DNA of 64,000 bases from positions 115,818,001 to 115,882,000 of the forward strand of contig NC_087436.1 of the NCBI RefSeq assembly GCF_036321535.1. Reading direction: 5' to 3'. The notes beneath the pieces are model-generated. The model was given only the letters and a program-made list of their open reading frames with translations. It was not told where the DNA came from and ran no database searches. The position numbers were made by a program, and so were the translations under genes. Below are positions 54,854 to 64,000 of the stretch, piece after piece. Source of the stretch: Camelus dromedarius (taxonomy: Eukaryota). Numbering within the stretch: position 1 is the first letter of the stretch; each line of letters begins with the position of its first letter.

Positions 54854-57074
54854 AAAAAAAGACCTTTATTTACAATTACATCAAAAAGAATAAAATACCT
54901 AGGAATAAATCTAACCAAGGAGGTAAAAGACCTATATAAGACATTGATGAAAGCCACTGAAGGTTACACAAACAGATGGAAAGATGTATGGTGCCCTTAT
55001 GGATTGAAAGAATTAATATTGTTAAAATGTCCCTACTCCTGAAGACAATCTACCAATTAAATGAAATCCTTATCAAAATACCAATAGTAGTTTTCACAGA
55101 ACTAGAACAAAGAATTCTGAAATTTGTATGGAAACACAAAGACCTCAAATAGCCAAAACAATCTTGAAAAAGAAGAACAAAGCTGAAGACATCACACTCC
55201 CTGATTTCAAACTATACTATAAAGCTAGAGTAATCAAAACAGTATGGATGGTAGTGACAGAAAAACAGACACATTGATCGATGGAACAGAATACAGAGCC
55301 CAGAAAGGAACCCGTACGTATATGGGCCATAATCTATGACAAAGGAAGCAAGATTACAAAGTAGGGGAAAATGGCCTCTTCAATAAGTGGTGTTGGGACA
55401 GCAGGGCAGCTCTATGTAAAAGAATCAAGCTGGACAGTTTTCTCACACCATTTACAAAAAGTAATCTCCAAATGGATTAAAGACTTAAATGTAAGACCTG
55501 AAACCATAAAATTCCTAGAAGTAAACACAGGCCATATGCTCTTTGACATCAATTTTAGCAATTTTTTTTGATATGCGTCCTCAGGCAACTGAAATAAAAG
55601 CAAATATTAACAAATAGAACTACATCAAACTGAAAAGCTTTTGCACAATAAAGGAAACTGTCATCAAAATGAAAAGGTAGCCTACTGAGTGGGAGCAGAT
55701 GTTTGCAAACAATATATCTGACAAAGGATTAATATCCAAATATACAAAAACTCATGCAAATCAACATTGAAGATACAACGACCTGATTAAAAGATGGGCA
55801 GAGGATTTGAATAGACATTTTTTCAAAGAAGACATACAGATGCTCATAAGCCAACAGGCACATAAAAAAGATGCTCAATATCACTAATCATTTGGTAAAT
55901 GCAAGTCAAAACTACAATGAGATATCATCTCACATCTGTCAGAATGGCTATTATCAAAAATACAATAAATATAACAAGTGTTGGCAAGGGTGAAGGAAGC
56001 AAAAACACTAATCAAAACAATATATGCATCTCTACGTTCACTGCAGCATTATTAACAACAGCCAAGATATGGGGGCAACATTAAGTATCCATCCATAGTT
56101 GAGTGGAAAAATAAAATGTGACATTTATATATATTTATAGAATAGAGTATCATTTGGCCATTAAAAAAAAAAAAAGAAGAATGAAATCTTGTCATTTGCC
56201 GCACCAGGGGTGGACCTACAAGGTATTTTGCCAAGTGAAATAAGTCAGAGAAAGACAAATACCATTTGATTTCACTTATATGTGGAATCAAAAAGAAAAA
56301 AAAAAGTATTAACATAAAATGATAAGAGATTCATAGATACAGAGACAAACTAGAGGTGGCTAGATGAGATGACATCACGGGGATACATAACATAGGTGAG
56401 GGAGATTAAGAGGGATAAACCTCCGGTTATAAAATAAATACACTGGGGTATGACACACAGCTTAGGGAATACAGTCAATTATGTTGTAATAACTGTGTGG
56501 TGACAGATTGTAGCTCGAATTATTACAGTGATCATTCTGTAATGTATACAAATATTGAATCACTGTGTTCTACATCTGAAACCAGCACAATATTGTTAGT
56601 CAACTATATATCAATAAAGAAAGAAGAGGCTTGTTTTATAGTGTCATTTGCAATCAAAATGTATAAATACTCCTAAAGATCAAATATTTTTTCCTTCTTG
56701 TTTTTTTTTTTTTCTTTCTTTCTCTCTCCCTGTCTATCAGTATGAGTTCTAGCCTTTGGATTTCGTTATTCAAATTTTTCATATTTTTACTTATTTTTTT
56801 TTCCATTTACTATAACCTTTTCTGATAAAGTTGTATTTAGAAACTATGGGCTGGATCATATCCTGGTCATCTTTGAAAATATTCAAAATATTCAAATTGC
56901 AAATTACCTGTATATGTGCTTATTTATCTTTTAGAATAAAATATGACCAAAAAAACTGTTTTATGGTGCTATTTTTTAAATTTGAACTTTAAAATATTGT
57001 GTAAGGCAAATGCAGAATGTCTAGGTCTTCTCTGGTTTGATAAAGGAGTCAATTTGTGCATTCACTTCAAGTTT

Positions 57075-57310
57075 CATTGGCTTAAGAAGAAGAACTTTGG
57101 GGTCCGATATTGCAGAGTTTTAACCCCAGTTCATCCACTTGTATGAGACCTGGACATATTACCTCACCACCAGGTTTTGTCGTTTCTTCATCCACAGTAT
57201 GAGAGAAAAAATAATTACCTCACACATTTGTTGTGAAGATTAATAAATAAATTTATGAACAATGCTTTGTATACTTCCTGGCCCACAATATGTGCTGTTT
57301 AAATTACATC
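57075..57310 (+). mobile_element. MIR SINE
   Basis: ggcttaagaagaagaactttggggtc...tttcttcatcc...gttgtgaagattaa...cctggcccacaata. Confidence 0.65.
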
Positions 57311-57570
57311 TATGATTTTGATTTTGATAACAGCAATAATGGAGAAATACATCACCAGCAATTTCATAGCATCTTGTTTTCACAGCTGGCGTCCATTGCG
57401 TTCACACAGGAAACCTAGAGAGGTAGGAAGAGCAGCATTGTCCATCCCCGTTCACAGATGAGAAGCCTGACACTCAGTCTGGGAAGCAGTCTGTTCAAGT
57501 TCAGGTAAATAATTAACAATACAGTCAGACCTTGAATTGCAATCATTTGACTGTAATCTTAGTGTGTTAA

Positions 57571-58227
57571 TGTCAGAGCAGGCAGATAGCTAGATATGAG
57601 CAGAGAAAGGGGGACACAGACCAAATGGCAGGAATTGGGCAGCAAGGAGGGGCACGGGCCAAATGCAGGAAACCATACATCATGTAAGCACCCAGGGTCC
57701 CTGGGCAGAGAAAGAAAAGCAGGAACCTCTGGGCTGATAAGTGGTCACATCTTTGGGGCTGATAAGTGGCCCAGAGGCCAACAAAGAAAGGAGAAAAGGC
57801 AGAAATTTCCAGTGTCCGAATGCAACCTTTTGCTCATTATGCCCTCATTTCAATAAAATTAGCCTTGCAGATCAGATGTACCCATCATGCACCGATGCAA
57901 TGTCACTTCTGATCCAGACTAAACAAGGACAAAAATCCCTCCTCCCTTTGGGAAAGTGGAGCTGGGATGAAATTCAGGGAATACAACCCCAAGCCCTTCC
58001 CTCCCCAGTGAACATTCTGCCCATTCTCTTTGACACTCTATGTAACCAACTTGCCAAAGAAGCTCAGGGCAGCTGCTCACCTGAGCCTGCCCTCCATCCC
58101 CTTGAGAGAGTACTATCCATCCTTTAATAAATTCTCACTTTACTTTTTCAACCACTACATCTTGTCTCTGAATTCTTTTCTGGGATGGGACAAAGACCTG
58201 GAACATGGGTTGCACCCACCGGCAACA
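57571..58227 (+). mobile_element. ERV1-class solo LTR (about 657 bp)
   Basis: tgtcagagcaggcagatagc...ccggcaaca termini; AATAAA about 100 bp before the 3' end; no matching TSD. Confidence 0.75.
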
Positions 58228-58996
58228 TTTTTACTCCAATGCACTGTATTTTAGTGTATTGGAGTAATTTGTCTTTTGCATTAATGCACTAAAGGTACTT
58301 GGAGAGGAAAAAAACACTCACAAATGAAATATGTAAGAGCATTAAAAAAGTAATTGTAAAACTGAGGTGAAAAGGACACTCTCAAAGAGCCCTACACCGG
58401 TTCAGAGAAATGAAGGGGCAGGTCTGGTGACTGCTCTTGGAGGCAGGCAAGGGAGGATGAGAAACGCAGGAACAAGAGGTCAAGTTTAAAATAATAAGTG
58501 CCTGTGAGGCTGATGCTTCATTATTATTGTTACTCAAACAAAGAGGCACAGCTGTTACCTGGACCTTTGGCCCACACCACAAGCTTCTTTATAAGTCTGC
58601 TGTGAATTGCACTAAAAAAGCTATTCTTAAGTAGCATTTTTTTTAAAGGAATAAATGTGGGGCAAATGACATCGAATAGAGCTCAAATTTGTTCATAAGT
58701 TTGTTGGGTTAACTATTCAGTGTCTCAGTTTCCTATCTTTTTCTCCCAAAATATTAAAATTAAAAGGAAACAACAACAAAAAAAGATTTGCTTACAGATA
58801 TGAAATACCAACCAACAGGGTTTCATCTTGAAAGGGTCCCCTGCCGTCTCACTCAAAGAGACTTGCTGTGAGTCAGGAAAGAAGAAAGAAATCAGCCGTC
58901 ATATTTAACAGCAGACCCCCGTCAAGCACTTCACATATTGGAGGCAATGTAATTCTTAGAACAACCTTGTGAAGTTGATGGTATTTTCCCCTGCAA

Positions 58997-59193
58997 AAAG
59001 GTTGCCAAACTATGAATGATCCAATCCAGCCTGCCACCTGTTTTTGTAAATAAAGTTTTATTAGAACACAGCCACCCTCATACATTTCAATCTGGTCTAT
59101 GGCTGTTTTGAGCTCATACCATGGCTGAGTTGAATAGCTGCAAACGGAAAAAATGGCCAGCAAAGCCTGATACGGTAAGATCGCCAAGCCCTA
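58997..59193. mobile_element. MER58A-like hAT-Charlie element inserted in a MIR
   Basis: ccagcctgccacctgtttttgtaaataaagttttattagaacacagccac is characteristic of MER58. Confidence 0.85.
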
Positions 59194-59869
59194 GATAAGG
59201 AAATTGAGACTCAACAAAGAGGAAATGTTGTCTTCAAGGTCATACAGCGTTTGACCTTTTGAAGATAGAAATTTATCTCAGATGTTCCCAGCTCAATATG
59301 AGACGAAACCCCGAGGCTTCTCTGGGGCAAACAAGATGCACTTCTCCTTAATAGGCACCACTTCACACACATTTGAGAACATAATTTCATCTTAGAGAAG
59401 ACGGGTGTTCACACGGGGCAAATTTACATTTCAGAGTCTGAAGATCTGCTAAGAGAACAAGGTCCCCTCATACTTGTTGGATATGTGCTTGTAATACCTT
59501 TCAGTGCCAAGTAAAAGTTTTTGTTCTTTGTTAAAAAATTTATTTCCTCTCGTAGGATTTCCTTTTAAATGTGATGTCTCTTTGAGGACTTTAAAAAAAT
59601 ATATCCTATCGCCCTGCCCATATAGAAGGGATGAAGAAAAGTTGCTGACTTCAGCCTTCAGGCTGATAAGGAGGAAGAGGGCACGGTTAGCAAGAGGAAA
59701 CGTCGGAGCACAACTGTGTGAATGTGTGAGCCAAGGGTGGGTCTCTTAAAATGTCACTGTTAATATTTGTGTTGCATCTTCAGAATCTCCTATTAGTTTG
59801 GGGTTTTCTGAATTTTCACCCCATCAGATCATAAAGTCAAAAAGTCATGAGATTATCAAGTTAAGAAAA

Positions 59870-60070
59870 CAGTATGGTATAGTGGGAAAACTCACAACTG
59901 TGCTCTCAAAAGCATGGATTCCAACCCTGGTCCCACACCAAATGTCCATCTGATTGCACAGCTCCTGAAACCCCAGTTTCTTTACAGGAAAATAGGGACA
60001 CCTTCCACCCTCATCTATCCAACAGGATTGTTGTAAGGCTTACAATAGGCAAAACATATGAAAGCACGTG
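59870..60070 (+). mobile_element. MIR SINE
   Basis: cagtatggtatagtgggaaaa...ccccagtttctttacaggaaaataggg...caggattgttgtaagg. Confidence 0.65.
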
Positions 60071-61999
60071 CTTTTAAATTACTAGAGACTCCCTAGAGTA
60101 AAAATTATCAGTGTCACTAGGATGATGATTATGATGATTGTGACAAGGATGGCGAAAATGATAATGGCAAAGATGCCCAACCCTGGACATTTCTGAACGG
60201 GAAAGAGGGTGCTGTTAATAATTGCCTTAAGACCAGACTTTAGCCCAGAATGGCCCCCAGCAAAGATATAGCCACAGCCACACTTTTTCAGCATCTTAAC
60301 TTTGCAGTGTGTTTAATTTCTGAGCATCAAACTTCAGTCTATGGGGGGAGAGGGAGGCTGCATAGCATCTCAGTAATGTGGTTGATACAAGAAAGTCCTG
60401 ACATGGAAGGAGAGGGGAAGAGGAAAACAAGTGGAGGAGGGGTCCTGAAGCCCTCCCATCGGTGGTCTCTTACTACAGAGTCATTGCTGATTGGTTATCT
60501 CTTCCTGTGCATCCCTCAAGCCCTCAAAATTAATCTTCTGAAACCAGCTTTCCTTTCGCACAAACTCTTGCCTCTTTTAAATAACTCTTTCTTACTTGGG
60601 AAGTTGTATCAAAGTGCACTTTTCCTTTAATTGTCTCATATTTTACCTGGAAGAAAATATGTCACTTTTTTCAATCAGATCATCTCCCATGCTTTCAAGC
60701 CCACTTGCACTGATTCTGCCCAGACACTTCTCATATCTCACTTATTGCAGTAGCCTTTGTCTGGTTTCTCTGCTGCCAGTCCTCACGCCTACGTCTTCCC
60801 TGACTTCTTTGTCGCCTGCACTTCCCTCAGAGCTTTCGAGCTTCATCGTTCTCCCTCTTCTCCTCTCCCGTACTCGCATAGGATGGTGTAAGTGCTAATA
60901 TTTCAGCACTTAACTCTGTGTGTTGTAGATGAACGTTTGCTGCATTTTCACACACGACACTAGACCACGGAAGCTGTTGGAATTTCGTGCTGCGAATTGC
61001 CCAGTACATGACACAGAATGCAGACTCCATAACCCACTCAGGAGCAGGTGGAGTGTAGACAGCTTCGTACGTGTTTACTGTATTCCCAGCAGCATGTGGA
61101 TGCCTCAGGGCCCCTGCCATCTACGAAAAAAAAAGCACAAATATTCTTGAGGGACCACTTCCTCTCTTCTCAAATTTTGTCGTGCTGAACATCTTTTAGC
61201 TGTCTTTACTCTTTAACGTCCTCAATTTGTGCACGTGGGGATTATCATACCTGACTGACTGCGAGGGCAGGGCTGATTTCAAAAAGCAGTGTGTTCTACA
61301 GATCACCACTTCCATGGGGGGATCTCTTGATACCTCGTGCAGTGGATCGCAAACTCGCTTACGAGATAACGCTCCTGGAAATCAGGGTCTCCGTGGAATT
61401 CTGTGATACAGCGATTTTTACCGTGTATTTAAATTCATCACGCAAAATAAAGTATTCACTATTAGAAACTGATTATGATAATGAGTGTCACATGAAAGCC
61501 ATGTTGTTATAACAAGATCTAGGGACAAGGGAGTTCGAGGTCATCTTTTCAAGGGAGATTTTTACTGTTTTCTGTTCTTGTTGCCGCCGGTGTTTGCTTA
61601 CGGACTCTGCGTGCATTCGGTTTACCGTTTGTTGATACTTCACAGGAGCTGACCTTATAATAAGGAAATTAGGGGAGAAGATCTCGTAACTGAGAACATT
61701 TTAGAAAGTAATCTAGCTTTCTTCATAAATTTGAAAAAGATTTCTATGGCTGAACATCTTGCTCCTCTATTCCCTGGAAATACTATTTATGCTTTGTTTG
61801 GACCAAAATCTTTATTTTACAAGATAAGGGAATTTTTAAAAATAAGATTTCCGTCATGATTCCCCCACACTATGAAACTGAGAATCGGATTTTATGTCCT
61901 ACTTAGAGCAAACTTTTTGCTTTGTTTGTTTTATTTTCTATTCTCCAAACTTGAAAAGACCAATACTTCAATAAAGTATATATATAAATAAAATAGAAA

Positions 62000-62128
62000 T
62001 AAAAAAGAATATGAAAACAAATATATGTATGTTCATGTATGACTGAAGTATTGTGCTGTACCCCAGAAATCAACACAATATTATAAACTGACTATACTTC
62101 AATAAAAATATATTAAACATTAAAAAAA
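62000..62128 (+). mobile_element. Very short L1 3' terminus
   Basis: atatatgtatgttcatgtatgactgaagtattgtgctgtac...gactatacttcaataaaaa. Confidence 0.8.
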
Positions 62129-62568
62129 TGTGAAGAGCAGAGATGACACTTAGGGACTTTGGGGAAATAAATAACAGCAATATTATCCAGCTAAGTGTTA
62201 TTAGGCAGCCACATAGGGCACTAGAAATAAAATGAGTTAAGTTGTTGGCACAGGACAGTATGACTAAGGTTACCGGAGGATATGGCAAGGAGGGGCTCTG
62301 CATTTCTGGAAGTATATTTAGTGTGAAAAGGAAAACCGACAAAAGAAAGGTCACGAATGGGTTACCTTGCATTGTGGTGAAAATCTCACTGTGCTGCAGA
62401 ACAGCAGCACCAATAATCCTGAGAAACTCGCGGTGTGGAGTCAGGGAGGCGGGGTGGAGTCCCCGCTCTGCTCCTCATGAGCTGAATTATATTAAGAAAG
62501 TCAATTGACTAGTGCCAGTCTCAGTGATTTTTGGTTAAGTGAGAATAATAGTAATAATAGTCATTTTT

Positions 62569-63356
62569 AAAAATGCTCAGTATCACTAATTTCCAGAAAA
62601 ATGCAAATCTAAACTACAGTGAGGTATCACCTCACACCATCATTGGCCATCATTCAAAAGTCCACAAATGACAAATGCTGGAGAGGGTGTGGAGAAAAGG
62701 AAACTCTCCTACGCTGCTGGTGGGAATGCAGTTTGGTGCAGCCATTATGGAAAACAGTACGGAGAATCCTTAAAAAACTGAAAATAGACTTACCCTGTGA
62801 TTCAGCAATCCCATTCCTGGGCATATATCCAGGGGGAACTCTAATTCAAAAAGATACATGCAACCTAATGTTCACAGCAGCACTATTTACAATACCCAAG
62901 ACATGAAAGCAACCTATATGTCCATCAACAGATGATTGGATAAAGAAGTTGTGTCATATATATATACCATGGAATACTACTCAAGCATAAAAAAGAATTA
63001 AATAATACCATTTCAGCAACATGGATGGACCTGAAGATTGTCATTCTAAGTGAAGTAAGCCAGAAAGAGAAAGAAAAATATCATATGATAACATGCATAC
63101 ATGGAATCTAAAAAAAGGACACTAATAAATGTATTTACAAAACAGAGACAGACTCACAGACATGGAAAACAAATTTATGGTTACCAGGGAAGGATGGCGG
63201 TAGGGAGGGACAAATTGGAGTTCAGGATCTGAAGATAGACACATATATATGTTTACCTATTTTATATATAGTAGTTAGTACTGTATAGCACAGGGAGCTA
63301 CATTCAATATCTTGTAGTAACCTATAAAGAAAAGGAATATGTATATATGTATATAC

Positions 63357-63396
<40 letters not shown>

Positions 63397-63477
63397 GAAT
63401 CACTATGCTGTACACTGGAAATTAATACAACACTGTAAATAGACTATACTTCAATTAAATTATAAATAAATAAAATA
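62569..63477 (+). mobile_element. 5'-truncated L1 3' end containing (TA)n
   Basis: ORF 62619 MRYHLTP...[28 protein letters not shown] is the L1 ORF2 C-terminus; 3' UTR and A-rich tail. Confidence 0.95.
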
Positions 63478-64000
63478 CATATACATGTATATGTTTTAGG
63501 ATCAAATGTATAAAAATTGCTTTTATCTAAAAATGTTGATAACCAATTAAATGTTGACACCAACAAACACAGGAATTACAAGAGTGATAAATTATATCAT
63601 ATGGTTGATTTTACTTTTTATGTTAATGTTTCAGATGTAAAAATTCTGTAAGGAAGCTCAGCATTTAAATATATGCTCAACCCATCGAAGAAATCAGATT
63701 CTTGATAAGTGGACCAGACCAGATCTGAGCAATCAAATACTCCAGGCATCATCTTGGACCTGGAAAACCACACTGGAGCTATTGCTTTCATCAGAACGAT
63801 ATCTTAATTTTATGTCCATTATTGCAATCTTTTCTTTAAGGAGCCTGAGAATCCTTTTTTATTGAAAATTAGGTTAATATAGCTAACGTGTTTTCTTCCG
63901 CCATCCTCCTCCTGTGTGCTGTTTAAATTGCCTCCAGCTCAGGACATCATCAAACGACAGAGGAGGCTTCCTGCATACACTACTGTGTCCAGTGCTGCTG

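Larger units (their letters stand above)
50305..56619 (+). mobile_element. Formerly full-length L1 (5' UTR, ORF1, RT and C-terminal ORF2, 3' UTR), rearranged and inactive
   Basis: 5' UTR start ggcagagtagggagaccctgagctcac; ORF1 peptide MFQTKEQGK...EISNLPNKEFK at 51407; RT motifs QGCPLS (about 54363) and LADDL (about 54486); degenerate TSD ataaaagaggtttg (50291-50304) / aaagaagaggcttg (56620-56633). Confidence 0.9.

Noticed and set aside
1341..58227. Pairs of LTRs as ends of a provirus
   Set aside because: The LTRs are of different families or orientations, and no gag/pol/env or primer-binding-site sequence is evident; all appear to be solo LTRs.

Overview
Mammalian, repeat-rich non-coding DNA (intergenic or deep intronic). 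A tRNA-derived SINE at 45953-46040 resembles the camelid vic-1 type, which suggests alpaca, llama or camel; this is an inference. No intact protein-coding gene, rRNA, true tRNA or CRISPR array is supported. The ORF track consists of chance ORFs and degraded LINE-1 pieces. The window holds many L1 fragments, including one formerly full-length rearranged L1 carrying two nested younger L1 ends, several ERV1/ERVL/MaLR solo LTRs (three with exact TSDs), MIR and L2 relics, hAT DNA transposon relics and microsatellites. The most notable non-TE items are a poly(A)-tailed retrocopy of what appears to be the POR 3' UTR (38014-38272, minus), two local CpG/GC-enriched patches, and a few + strand non-coding exon candidates. 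I found no convincing new multi-gene biological system. All repeat family names come from recalled consensus sequences and need RepeatMasker/Dfam confirmation.
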